Counted from the stretch's first letter, positions 25,106-34,716 are shown. The stretch: DNA of 64,000 nucleotides from an uncultured Acidobacteriaceae bacterium (GCA_963836305.1 CAWIJP010000015.1:45900-109899), one strand, 5' to 3'. Numbers and translations: made by a program. Notes: generated by a model not told the origin, from the letters alone.

Positions 25106-25999
25106 ATGGCGACATTCTGCGTGAAGTGTGGAGCACCGCTAGGCAGTGGTCCTTTTTGTGTGAAATGCGGCGCGGACATGCGCAATGTGGCCGCGCCGCC
25201 GCAACCACGATCGCCGTCTCCGGTGGCCCAAACGCCGCAACCAGCAGCGGCTCCGACATCCACCGGGCCGGCGCCCGCGAAGCAAGGAATGAGCGCGCTG
25301 GCCAAGCTGGGCATTGCGGCAGTCGTCATCATTTTTGTTGGAGGTGCTGTTGGCATCGTCGGCGCGTATTACGTTGCGCACCGTGTTAGTGAAAAGTTCC
25401 ATGAGGTTTCGGACGGAATCCTCGGATCGAGTTCGGATTCGAGCCGTTCCGATAGCGGCGGGTCAGCTTCCAAGACCGGAAGCATTGGGGATGTGTGTCG
25501 CCTGTTGAGTAAAGAAGACGTCGGCCGCGCGGTCGGGGTTGTGATCGCGCGCGCGCAACCTGGGGACAATTCGTGTTCTTACATCGCGAAGGGTGATAAG
25601 GCCGACATGCTCGCAAAACACACCACCGCGATGATGGCCGCCCGCGGTGCGGACAAACAGACGCAACAAACGATTCAGAAATTTGCGGGAGGCATGTTCA
25701 AAACATTTCAGAGCGAGCAACCGGTATCGGAGCAAGACACTTCTGGGGAAATCCCGGTGTTTTCGTTTTCGGTCGATCAAAACGGCGTGGAGGAACAGAT
25801 GCGCCTGAACGAAAAGATACTGGGTGTCATCGGAGACCAGGAACGCCTGCCGGGTCTCGGCGATCAGGCGTTTGTATCGGCGGACGGAATGATCATGATG
25901 CGCAAGGGAAAGAATTTCGTCCGCATCATGTTCATCGCCTGCCCGTGCAACACGGAAGCCGTGAAGCCTCTGGCCAAGGAAATCGCAGATGCGCTGTAG
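25106..25999 (+). CDS. Zinc-ribbon membrane protein of unknown function
   Basis: N-terminal double CxxC ribbon 'FCVKCGAPLGSGPFCVKCG', Pro-rich linker, TM helix 'LGIAAVVIIFVGGAVGIVGAYYVA', then an extracytoplasmic domain of about 190 aa. AAGGAG precedes the ATG. Confidence 0.7.
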   Translation: MATFCVKCGAPLGSGPFCVKCGADMRNVAAPPQPRSPSPVAQTPQPAAAPTSTGPAPAKQGMSALAKLGIAAVVIIFVGGAVGIVGAYYVAHRVSEKFHEVSDGILGSSSDSSRSDSGGSASKTGSIGDVCRLLSKEDVGRAVGVVIARAQPGDNSCSYIAKGDKADMLAKHTTAMMAARGADKQTQQTIQKFAGGMFKTFQSEQPVSEQDTSGEIPVFSFSVDQNGVEEQMRLNEKILGVIGDQERLPGLGDQAFVSADGMIMMRKGKNFVRIMFIACPCNTEAVKPLAKEIADAL

Positions 26000-26245
26000 A
26001 TCACGGAGGCTGCAATGGGAATAGATATTGAGAAGAAAATCTTGCGGTTTGCAATGATGACCGTCGCACCTGCGTGCCCTACTGCTTTGACGCAAAAACA
26101 ACCGCGCCATTCTTCAACCCGAACACCAACCCCAGCGCCGACGGGCCAGATTCTCGCGCAGCACATCAGCGTAACGTTTGCCCCACTCCCCTCCGGGCAG
26201 GCGCCGGAACACAACGTCACCCCGGTCCCGGAGTCTCTTCGGTAC

Positions 26246-26725
26246 ATGAGAACTATCTCTAGTTTGGGCAGCTTCGTGGCCATCCTTATTCTGAGCTTCG
26301 TGTTTACCGCCTGGGGCGGAACGAAGTTGCTCACTTCGGACCCATTGACGGGACTTCCTCTCCATCCTGCTACAGATTCCCGCCTCCACTTGGGCAATGA
26401 GCCAACTCGGTTGCCGCAATCGCAAGTCTGTAAAAGCAAAATGCAGGTTGATTTCTACTCCGTTTTCGATACCAAAGTGAATGCAACCCTCGCTTGGTAT
26501 GACGCTCACTTACCAGGGTTCAAGAAAACGCACGCCTACACCGCCAACCGCTCGCAAGACACCTACTACAAAACCGATGGGACCCTGATTGTCTCAGTCA
26601 CGGGTAGCCCGGGCAAAGAAGGAGAGAACACGGACACATATTCGGTGCTGTATGCCCGTCTTCAGCCCGGACTGCCCGAGAAGACAATCGTCGGCCTTAA
26701 TGAACAGAGCGTTGTTTGCCCCTGA
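26246..26725 (+). CDS. Hypothetical exported protein
   Basis: The ORF opens at 26015, but Met at 26246 starts a signal-anchor 'MRTISSLGSFVAILILSFVFTAWGG'. The upstream 77 codons are Pro/Thr-rich with no features. No family recognised. Confidence 0.5.
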   Translation: MRTISSLGSFVAILILSFVFTAWGGTKLLTSDPLTGLPLHPATDSRLHLGNEPTRLPQSQVCKSKMQVDFYSVFDTKVNATLAWYDAHLPGFKKTHAYTANRSQDTYYKTDGTLIVSVTGSPGKEGENTDTYSVLYARLQPGLPEKTIVGLNEQSVVCP

Positions 26726-26789
26726 TCGATCCATATTTGTCCCCTAACTTTCTTCGACGACGTAAAATCGTTAATCATCATTTCTGAGG

Positions 26790-27991
26790 CGTCTGCCGGA
26801 CGGGAGATTGACTCGTCGTACAACGAAAATGTGTCGCTTAATTTGATCTGGAGTTCGATGTCGAGCGAATTGCGAGACCACCTGCGAGAAGGAAGCATCG
26901 CAGCCCAGAAATTCCAACCGCTGGAAACGGTGCTTCAGGAGCGGTGAACAATCGACTCGAATTGCCACCGACGTGCCGTATGCGCTGGGGCGATTTGCGC
27001 TGGTGCCCGATATCCGCAGATACTCGACGTGACTAGAGAAACAGGTCTGGCGTGGCCCTACAACTTCGCTTCATCTCCCGTTTTGTCAATCTGGCGGTAT
27101 TCAGGTGACACTACTAACGCCGTTTGAGAAATCCTTCACGGCGGATGACCTGATGGTGCGTGGGATTCACCCGCCTATCGTGAGTCAAGAGCCATTCGAT
27201 GCAGTGCAGGGTGTTCTCACTGGCCGTTCGAAGACCGCACAATCTCGTCAGGGTGCTGAATCCAGCTTTCCCGCTACGTCAATTCATACGCTGTGCAAAG
27301 TGCAACAAGGGCCTGACTGCAGGTATAGCTGAGAAGAAGTTCCCCTACTACTGGTGCTACAAGCCGGGGGGCCGCTCTGTGTTTATCTCTGCAGAAAAAC
27401 TGGAAAACGAATTCGTAGCTTTGTTGAAGATGCATCAACCCACTATGGAGCTGCTAGAGCGCCTGCCTGAGATCGCCAAGCAGCTTTGGAAGGTTCGGCA
27501 AGAAGTGTGGAACGGGACTCCCGCGCACTGACCATCCGGCTGCAGGGCCATAAGCATTTGAACTCGCAGGCGATCAAGGCAAAACTGAAGGGTGAGCTGA
27601 CCGAGGAAGACTTCGCCACGCTGAAGCAAAATATAACCGAGGAGACCGCGCTGATTGAGAAGCAGCTTACTCTTTTAGAATCAGAGTGTTCCACGATGGA
27701 GGAGCTTATTGCTCAGACCAACGTGAGCTGGCAGACCTAGCCGCCGCGTGGAATAAGGCGAATCTGACTCAGCGGCGAGAACTTTGTGCGATGGTATTTC
27801 CTGACGGTTTGGTGTGGTCGAAGTCTTGGGGCTTTTTGAACCCTCAAAACAAGACGATCATGCAGGATTTATGCACCTTTTGGGATGAGACGATCTCTGG
27901 TGTCAAAGTTGGCGTCCCAACGTTACCCGAGTTTGAACCATTCGGTCCCCTGATGGCACTGAGAACATTAGCGTTAGAGATGGTGAACTGA
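26790..27991 (+). pseudogene. Large serine recombinase, degraded (at least 3 frameshifts; catalytic N-terminus largely lost)
   Basis: Pieces lie in three frames. 27105-27332 gives 'GIHPPIVSQEPFDAVQGVL'. 27199-27531 gives 'FPLRQFIRCAKCNKGLTAG..KFPYYWC' (recombinase zinc beta-ribbon). 27486-27740 is a coiled coil, 'LKGELTEEDFATLKQNITEETALIEKQLTLLESE'. 27686-27991 is the C-terminal tail. The 26790-27100 part is only weakly recombinase-like ('LIWSSMSSELRDHLREGSIAA'). Confidence 0.7.
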
Positions 27992-28409
27992 CTTAAAACG
28001 CTAGTGGACCTCTAGCAGCGAAGTTAAGATTGCACCTTCGCTAGCCCGATCATCGAAGAGACGTTCACTAAGTCAGTTCTTGTGGTTCTGTTGACAGCCG
28101 GGTCGTTGGGGTTCGGTTCCATCGCTCTGACAACGCTTCGAACCGTCACTGTCCTTGTCTTGATCGTGTCAAAAGTCACTGCTTCGATTACTGCGGCTTG
28201 CTCGTGATCCACCCGCAATACTAGGCAAGACTTCCGAGAAGCCAACTTTTCCATTACCAATCTGGCCACTTCATCGAAGCCCCTTTCTGGATAATTTCCG
28301 CTTTGCCGACAAGGACTAAGCCGCTGGCGCGGCGGACGCTACCGCGTGGGTGAGCGGAGAGATTTCCGAAACAGCTGGCATAGTGGGGGTCATTGGGAAG
28401 GAGATTCCT

Positions 28410-29305
28410 GTGACCCGTTTACGCAAGATGATGCTGGAGGAACTCCAGCGTCGCAACTACTCTGCCATCACCACGCGCAATTACCTGCGGGTGGTAAGCG
28501 ACTTCGCCAAGCATTTTGGCAAGTCTCCCGACAAGCTCGGCCCCAACGAACTTCGAACTTATCAAGCCTATCTACTGACTGAGTGCAAGCTGACGCCTGG
28601 CACGGTGGTCAACCGGGTAGCGGCGCTGCGCTTCTTTTTCGTCAAGACACTCAAGCGCCATCAGTTTCGCGAGTTCTTGCCCTACCCCGGGACCGGCGCC
28701 GACTGCCGACGGTGCTCAGCCGGGAGGAAGTTGCGCGATTGATCGATGCCGCCGGAACCCTGTTTCGACGGACGCTGCTGATGACGCTCTACGCCACGGG
28801 CATGCGACGCAACGAACTGGCTCGTCTCAAAGTCAGCGATATCGATAGCCAGCGGATGATCATCCGCGTGGTGGAAGGCAAGGGCGGTAAGGACCGTGAT
28901 TTGCCTCTGAGTCCAATCCTGTTGGAAACCTTGCGCGAGTACTGGCGCTGGCGAAAACCCAGACTCTATCTGTTCCCGACGCGCAACCTCTCAGGGAGAC
29001 TCAATCAGCCGATTTCGGACAAGACCGTCTGGATTGCGTGCAGCGATGCCGCGCGCCGCGCCGGCATCCGCAAACGCGTCACCCCGCACACGCTACGCCA
29101 CAGTTGGGCGACCCACTTGTTGGAGGCGGGCACCGACCTGCGCACCATCCAGGTTCTGCTCGGTCACGGCGACCTGGAGACCACCGCCCAGTACCTGCAT
29201 CTGTCGCAGCGGCACTTGCAGGCGGTTACCAATCCGCTGGATGGCCTCACTCTATCCAGCACCGAGAACATCAGCCGCAGCTTTAAACGGAAAAACGAAA
29301 AATGA
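28410..29305 (+). pseudogene. Tyrosine recombinase/integrase (IS91-associated type), interrupted by a frameshift near 28685-28691
   Basis: GTG 28410 follows GGGAAGGAG. SAM-like N-domain 'MMLEELQRRNYSAITTRNYLRVVSDFAKHFGKSPDKLGPNELRTYQAYL' is in frame 0. The catalytic domain is in frame 2: 'LMTLYATGMRRNELARLKVSDID', 'VTPHTLRHSWATHLLEAGTDLRTIQVLLGHGDLETTAQYLH' (R..HxxR..Y). The junction lies in the run CCCCGGG. Confidence 0.8.
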
Positions 29306-30483
29306 CTCGGCCCACCTTCGAGGTGGCCGACATCCTACGCGTGCAGGGCGATCGCTTCCTGGAGCGCTATCGATCGAGCTTTAACTTTCAGCAACTCAAA
29401 GCGTTTCGTGCCATTCTGCGCTGTCGCACCGCTGCGCTGGGTGGTCATCGCGATGCCTGCCCGAGCTGTGGTCATCAGGCTATCTCGTACAACTCGTGCA
29501 GAAACCGGCACTGCCCCAAGTGCCAGACCCAAGCCCGCGAGCGCTGGCTGGCGGCCCGCGAACGCGAACTCCTGACCACCAGTTACTTCCATGTCGTGTT
29601 CACTGTGCCCCACGAACTCAATGTGCTGGCGTTGGAGAACCCGCGTTTGTTCTACGACTTGTTGTTCGCCGCCAGCGCGCAAACCTTGCTGGAGATCGCT
29701 ATCGATCGCAAACACCTGGGCGCAGAGATCGGCGTGATCAGCATCCTGCACACCTGGGGACAGAACCTGCTTCTGCATCCCCACATCCACTGCGCTATTC
29801 CTGCGGGCGGACTCTCACTCGATCACCATCAATGGGTCCGCCCACGCTATCATTTCTTCTTGCCCGTGAAGGTCCTCAGCCGCGTCTTTCGCGGCAAGTT
29901 CCTCGCCGGTCTGAAACGGCTGCACGGTCGCAACCAACTTTGCTGCGCCGGTCCCGCAGCCGCTCTGGCCGATCCGCAGCAGTTCGCCAAACTCATTCGC
30001 CGCCTGCACCGTCACGACTGGGTCGTCTATGCCAAGCAAGCCTTCGGTGGGCCGCTGCAGGTGCTGCGCTATCTCGGCCGCTACACTCATCGCGTGGCCA
30101 TCTCCAATCATCGCTTGTTGGCCTTCGACCAGGAGCGCGTCACCTTTCGCTGGAAGGACTATGCCCACGGTGGCAAGCACGGCAAGATGACGCTTGGCGC
30201 CACAGAGTTCTTACGACGCTTCTTTCTGCACGTGCTCCCCAGAGGCTTCGTGCGCATCCGTCACTTCGGGTTCCTTGCCAATCGCTTTCGCGCTTCCCGC
30301 CTGGGACTATCCCGACAACTGCTGTCCAGTACCTCCTCCCCGCTGGTCGAGGCTGGAACCTGCAAAGCTCCAGTGGAGAGTTCTTCTGTCTGGCATTGCC
30401 CACGCTGCGGTGCGGCGATGATCGTGGTTCAGAGATTTACCGCTGCGGAATTATCCACATGCGCTTACTTCGATTCTTCGTAG
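29302..30483 (+). CDS. IS91-family (HUH, Y2) rolling-circle transposase
   Basis: Zn-binding N-terminus 'CPSCGHQAISYNSCRNRHCPKCQ'. HUH 'LLLHPHIHCAIPAGG'. Y2 motif 'RYLGRYTHRVAISNHRL'. C-terminal 'WHCPRCG'. The start overlaps the integrase stop (ATGA at 29302-29305). Confidence 0.9.
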   Translation: MTRPTFEVADILRVQGDRFLERYRSSFNFQQLKAFRAILRCRTAALGGHRDACPSCGHQAISYNSCRNRHCPKCQTQARERWLAARERELLTTSYFHVVFTVPHELNVLALENPRLFYDLLFAASAQTLLEIAIDRKHLGAEIGVISILHTWGQNLLLHPHIHCAIPAGGLSLDHHQWVRPRYHFFLPVKVLSRVFRGKFLAGLKRLHGRNQLCCAGPAAALADPQQFAKLIRRLHRHDWVVYAKQAFGGPLQVLRYLGRYTHRVAISNHRLLAFDQERVTFRWKDYAHGGKHGKMTLGATEFLRRFFLHVLPRGFVRIRHFGFLANRFRASRLGLSRQLLSSTSSPLVEAGTCKAPVESSSVWHCPRCGAAMIVVQRFTAAELSTCAYFDSS

Positions 30484-30743
30484 CGTGTCCACCACTGGCG
30501 GCCCAGGGATGTGCTCCCGCACGCCGGCGCACTCGTGTGCCCGCCGCCTCGCCACCGTCTCTCCGGCCACTCTCCGCATACACTCTGGCTCATCTTCAAC
30601 ACCATTCCGACAACCCTGGCGGCGTTCCCACCACGCTTCGCTGCTCTCCCCGAGCCCCGTTCAGATCCATGCTGCCGTTCAAATCCCATAGCGCACCGCG
30701 TCCGCCGCAAACGCCAGCGGCTTCCTCCTAGTCTCCTTATCGA

Positions 30744-30797
30744 AAACGCCTCGGTTCGATATCCCGCTCCGCCCCAAAAGTCTGCCCCGAGGCGTTT
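30744..30797. repeat. 11-bp perfect inverted repeat with 32-nt spacer between the IS91 transposase and the aldehyde dehydrogenase gene
   Basis: AAACGCCTCGG (30744-54) and CCGAGGCGTTT (30787-97). On the minus strand the second arm is followed by TTTTCG, so it could terminate the hyp operon. Alternatively it is an IS91 end structure (GGTTC follows arm 1). Confidence 0.5.
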
Positions 30798-30848
30798 CCG
30801 ATCAAGACTAGCGACAATCCGGGAGTTATGTCGCAGCGTCCGGGACTT

Positions 30849-32459
30849 TTAAATCGCGAGCGCAGGCAAGATGGCTTCCCGGGTCATTTCTCCGTCCACC
30901 ATGCGCCAGATTGCCAGCGGGTTCTCGTTTTTCAATTCCGGTGGCAATGCCTCGTCGGAGAACCCCTGATAGCAAACCGGCCGCGTAAATCTGAAGATCG
31001 CCCGGGTTCCAACCGATGTCGAGCGGCCATCGGAGGTCGAGGGATACGGGCCGCCATGCACCATGGCGTTACACACCTCGACGCCAGTGGGAAACCCGTT
31101 CACGACGAGGCGTCCGACTTTGTTCTCGAGGATCGCTATAAGATCCGCGAACTCACCGAGATCTTGTTCCGTGCCATGAATCGTTGCAGTGAGATGGCCT
31201 TCGAGAGAGTGGGCGATCTCAAGAATCTGCTCGCGGCCCGAGTGCCGAACCAGAAGCGTCGTGGGGCCAAAGATCTCGGCACCAAGGTCAGACGCCAGAA
31301 ATGCAGCAGCGTCAGTTTCGAAGAGTGCGGAGCCAGCGGCAAAACCAGCGCACGGGGAAGCTTTTGAAGCTTCGGCAACGAGCGTAACAGCAGCATCCGC
31401 TTTCCGGCCAGCAAGCGCCAAATCATAAGAAGAGTGAATAGTCTTAGTCAGCAAATGGAACGGCGCAGAATCATTGACCAATTGGCGTAACTTATCGGTA
31501 AACGAGGCAGCTTGGTTGCCGTCGGAAAGAAATATCATTCCCGGCTTGGTGCAAAACTGGCCAGCACCGAGAGTGAACGAAGTATGTAGTCCCACTGCGA
31601 TAGCTTCGCCGCGTTCTCGTAGCGCACCCGGCAAAATGAAAACGGGATTGGTACTGCTCATTTCTGCGTAGAACGGAATCGGCTCGGGCCGCGCGGCTGC
31701 TAGATCCATTAACACTCTTCCCGCGGTGCGCGATCCAGTGAAACCGCCGGCTCTCACCGACGGATGCTGCATCAGCGCAGTGCCTATCTGCGCACCGCTG
31801 CCGAACAGAAGCGAAAAAACGCCTTCCGGTAGACCACACTCTCTAACGCTTTCGCGCACCATCTGACCCACAAGTTCGCTTGTGCCGGGATGCGCGGCGT
31901 GCGCCTTTACGATGACAGGATTTCCAGATGCGAAAGCGGACGCTGTGTCCCCTCCCGCAACCGAGAACGCCAACGGAAAGTTGCTTGCGCCAAAAACAAC
32001 GACCGGCCCAAGCGGGCGCAGCATGGAACGAATGTCCGGCTTTGCGGCTGGTTTGCGGTCGGGGTCGGCGCGGTCGATACGCGCGTCAACCCAGGATCCC
32101 TCCTCTGCAACCTCCGCAAACAGGCGGAGTTGAGCACAGGCACGCGCAGTCTCACCCTGCAATCGCGGTTTCGGGAGGGCGGTTTCCTCGTGCGCGCGTT
32201 CGACTATATCAGCCGCAATGGATTCTATTTTCGCGGCGATCGTGTCTAGAAACGCGCCCCGATCACGTCCTGGAAGGCGGCCGTAGGTGGCAAACGCTTC
32301 TGCCGCGAGGCGAGCTGCGAGGTCTACCTCTTCTGCGGTTGCGGCAATGAATCCCGGCTGCAGTGGTTGTCCGCTGGTCGGGTTCGTGGCGTAGGACGGC
32401 CCTGATGAACCTCTACCGTCGCGAAATCCGATTAGTGATCGACCAAAAAGTCTTGACAT
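30849..32459 (-). CDS. Aldehyde dehydrogenase, 2-oxoglutarate semialdehyde (2,5-dioxovalerate) dehydrogenase-like
   Basis: 536 aa ALDH fold. 'FTLGAGQFCTKPGM' (catalytic Cys) and 'FYAEMSSTNPVF' (general-base Glu region). Last gene of the hydroxyproline operon, which is the basis for the substrate call. Confidence 0.8.
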   Translation of the reverse strand: MSRLFGRSLIGFRDGRGSSGPSYATNPTSGQPLQPGFIAATAEEVDLAARLAAEAFATYGRLPGRDRGAFLDTIAAKIESIAADIVERAHEETALPKPRLQGETARACAQLRLFAEVAEEGSWVDARIDRADPDRKPAAKPDIRSMLRPLGPVVVFGASNFPLAFSVAGGDTASAFASGNPVIVKAHAAHPGTSELVGQMVRESVRECGLPEGVFSLLFGSGAQIGTALMQHPSVRAGGFTGSRTAGRVLMDLAAARPEPIPFYAEMSSTNPVFILPGALRERGEAIAVGLHTSFTLGAGQFCTKPGMIFLSDGNQAASFTDKLRQLVNDSAPFHLLTKTIHSSYDLALAGRKADAAVTLVAEASKASPCAGFAAGSALFETDAAAFLASDLGAEIFGPTTLLVRHSGREQILEIAHSLEGHLTATIHGTEQDLGEFADLIAILENKVGRLVVNGFPTGVEVCNAMVHGGPYPSTSDGRSTSVGTRAIFRFTRPVCYQGFSDEALPPELKNENPLAIWRMVDGEMTREAILPALAI

Positions 32460-32470
32460 TTTCTCTATAC

Positions 32471-33394
32471 CTATTTCGCAGTTGGCAAAGCGAAGCTGCC
32501 TGTCGATTGCGGCTTTGTCCGCAGCGCGTCACGAATAATTTTTTGCACCCGCTTCAGTTCGTCGCCTACCAACGCGAGGCGCGGCGGCCGCACCCGTGGA
32601 TTCCCCATCCCCACCTCGGCCTGGACAAGCTTGATCAGCTGAACGAAGTTCGGCACCGTGTCCATGCGCAGCAATGGCAAGAACCAGCGATATATCTCAA
32701 ACGCTTTGTCGCTCTCTCCACGGGTACCACAGTTGAAAAGATCAACCGATTCCCGGGGAAACGCGTTGGCCAGGCCCGCAATCCAACCAGTCGCGCCTAC
32801 ACCGATGGCCTCCAGCACTGCATCATCCACGCCAACGGAGATTTCCAAACGACGATCGAGGAGGGCGCGAATCGCAGATACGCGCCTGGCATCGGTACTC
32901 GACTCTTTTACTGCTTCGAAGTTTTCATACTCTGCGGCCAATTCGCAGATTTGTTCCGGAAGGAAATCAGTTCCATAGGCGACCGGATTGTTGTAAAGCA
33001 TGCAGGAAAGCGGAGTCGCCTCAAACACGCTGGCAACGTGCGCCTTCATTTCCCGCCAGCTTCCCTGGTAGACGTAAGGAGGAAGCACCATAAGGGCATC
33101 ACAGCCTAGCTCCGCGGCAGTCTTCGCCTGCGCGATTGCTTCGGAAGTCGTAAGCGCCGAAATGGAGGCGACCACCGGCCCACGACCCTGGACAACAGCC
33201 ACGCAGGTGCGCAAAATCTCTGCTTTCTCTTCAAACGTTAGAGCCGCGCCCTCGCCTAATGAACCAAGCGCCACAATTCCCGAGCAACCGTTATCCAGGA
33301 GCCATCCGCAATGCTTTGTCAAGAAACTGTGATCCACACGAAGGTCCTCGGTAAATCCTGTTGTGATTGCAGGGATCACGCCCTTCCAGTTCAT
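32471..33394 (-). CDS. DapA/DHDPS-family enzyme, Delta1-pyrroline-4-hydroxy-2-carboxylate deaminase-like
   Basis: 'GVIPAITTGFTEDLRVDHSFLTKHCGWLLDNGCSGIVALGSLGEGAALTFEEK' is a DHDPS/NAL-family N-terminus. The operon context gives the specific assignment. Confidence 0.8.
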   Translation of the reverse strand: MNWKGVIPAITTGFTEDLRVDHSFLTKHCGWLLDNGCSGIVALGSLGEGAALTFEEKAEILRTCVAVVQGRGPVVASISALTTSEAIAQAKTAAELGCDALMVLPPYVYQGSWREMKAHVASVFEATPLSCMLYNNPVAYGTDFLPEQICELAAEYENFEAVKESSTDARRVSAIRALLDRRLEISVGVDDAVLEAIGVGATGWIAGLANAFPRESVDLFNCGTRGESDKAFEIYRWFLPLLRMDTVPNFVQLIKLVQAEVGMGNPRVRPPRLALVGDELKRVQKIIRDALRTKPQSTGSFALPTAK

Positions 33395-33404
33395 CAGTGT
33401 TCTC

Positions 33405-34709
33405 CTATTCCTTCGCTATACTGCAGTTCAACTCGCGGGCTTGGGCTGCTAAGGTTTCTACGCGCGCGGGGAAGACTGGCGGTCGAATCGAATCTGGCTT
33501 CCACTTAAAAAGAAATTGCGCCGCGGGCCCACAGACACGGCCTTGGCATGGTCCCATGCCACAACGCGTATGCAACTTAGCGGAGCGCCATGAGGTGTGC
33601 TCACGAAGACGCGAATAAGAAACATCCTCGCAGCGGCAGACCACGGTCTCTGGCAAAGGCAGGCTTCTCAGCTCTGAGCGCGGGCGGAACGTGCGATCGA
33701 GCAACCGCGCAAAACGCCGCGCCTTTTTACGCTCACGGAACAACGCTCTCGCTTCATCCGTGCGTCCAGCAGAAGCCAGGCCCGCGATCTGGCCTTCGAC
33801 AAGTGCTAGTTCTACACCTCCGATACTTGTTGGTTCACCAGCACAAAAGATGGATGAAACGGACGTCCTCTGGAAGTCATCGACCTGCACGCAGCCGTTG
33901 CCGACTGCACAGCCCAATAACAATGGCAGTTCGATATTAGGGACGAGGTGAAAACCGCAGGCCAAGTAATCACAAGGGATCGTTTCGATTTTTCCGGCCC
34001 GTGAAATGGTTACGCTCTTGAGCGTCTGCTCGCCGTGAGCGGCGATGGGCCAACTGTTTGTGGCAAATGGAACTCCGGAGAGACGACGCTTCAAGTGGAG
34101 GCCCTGGACAATCTTTGCCGGCCAGCCAAGCAGCTCAACGCCAAACCGAGCCAGGGTTCCACGCGATGCTTGCTCGCAAATCATCGGTATCTCAGCGCCA
34201 TGCTCGCGGAGGTAAGCGGCAACGGCCAGCAGCAAAGGACCGGTGCCGGCGACGATCATACGTTTGCCGCGAATTGGCAGGCCGCACTTGACCATGGCTT
34301 GCAGGCCGCCCGCACCCATCACGTTGGGAAAAGTCCAGCCCGGGAACGGCAAAAACTTTTCCCTCGCACCAGTCGCGAGCACAAGCTTGTCGTAGGTCAA
34401 CTCGCAAAAACCATCGAGATTTTCTGCCAATAAAACACCTGAGGCCGGCTGGTGCACGACGCGCAGTCCACATAGCGAAGTAACTCCTGTGTTGTGCAGC
34501 CGTTCAATCCATTTCGAAGCGTCAGCGTTCTCTTTACCTTTCGAGTGATTATCCTCTGACTGACCACGCCAAATCTGACCGCCGAGTTTGAAGTTGTCAT
34601 CGACAATTCCAACCCGCATGCCGGACTCCACAGCACAAGAAGCGGCAGCGATGCCCGCTGGCCCTCCCCCAACAACGAGGACATCGAAATGAAGTTGGGA
34701 TCCTCTCAT
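33405..34709 (-). CDS. FAD/NAD(P)-binding oxidoreductase, D-hydroxyproline dehydrogenase alpha-type subunit (HcnB / opine-oxidase-A-like)
   Basis: 'FDVLVVGGGPAGIAAASCAV' dinucleotide fold. C-terminal BFD-like [2Fe-2S] segment 'VCRCEDVSYSRLREH..HTRCGMGPCQGRVCG'. Confidence 0.8.
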   Translation of the reverse strand: MRGSQLHFDVLVVGGGPAGIAAASCAVESGMRVGIVDDNFKLGGQIWRGQSEDNHSKGKENADASKWIERLHNTGVTSLCGLRVVHQPASGVLLAENLDGFCELTYDKLVLATGAREKFLPFPGWTFPNVMGAGGLQAMVKCGLPIRGKRMIVAGTGPLLLAVAAYLREHGAEIPMICEQASRGTLARFGVELLGWPAKIVQGLHLKRRLSGVPFATNSWPIAAHGEQTLKSVTISRAGKIETIPCDYLACGFHLVPNIELPLLLGCAVGNGCVQVDDFQRTSVSSIFCAGEPTSIGGVELALVEGQIAGLASAGRTDEARALFRERKKARRFARLLDRTFRPRSELRSLPLPETVVCRCEDVSYSRLREHTSWRSAKLHTRCGMGPCQGRVCGPAAQFLFKWKPDSIRPPVFPARVETLAAQARELNCSIAKE

Positions 34710-34716
34710 CGTTTTT

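Larger units (their letters stand above)
28350..30483 (+). mobile_element. IS91-family unit (integrase + transposase); termini not resolved
   Basis: Two translationally coupled genes typical of the IS91 subgroup that carries a phage-integrase-like orf. By eye the unit is more GC-rich than the flanks. The coordinates cover only the coding module; the true ends probably lie between 28270-28350 and 30484-30848. Confidence 0.6.

Noticed and set aside
28024-28269. 81-aa minus-strand ORF between the serine-recombinase remnant and the IS91 unit
   Set aside because: No recognisable family, no SD, and it lies in a decayed AT-richer region. A half-match to the operator motif (TTTCTGGATAA, 28284-28294) sits just upstream, but an 11-mer half-site alone is not convincing. 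Left unannotated.
28680-28695. Programmed -1 ribosomal frameshift in the integrase
   Set aside because: The zero-frame codons are tac-ccc-ggg, which do not form a canonical X XXY YYZ slippery heptamer. I am also not aware of programmed frameshifting in IS91-associated integrases. A mutation or homopolymer error is more parsimonious.
29496-30731. 411-aa alternative-frame ORF within and beyond the IS91 transposase
   Set aside because: Its translation is Pro/Arg/Ser-rich with no motifs. The overlapping frame carries the Zn-finger, HUH and Y2 transposase motifs.
32363-33109. 248-aa plus-strand ORF across the DHDPS-family gene
   Set aside because: It is antisense to a well-supported operon gene and would collide with the ALDH start. 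No family features.
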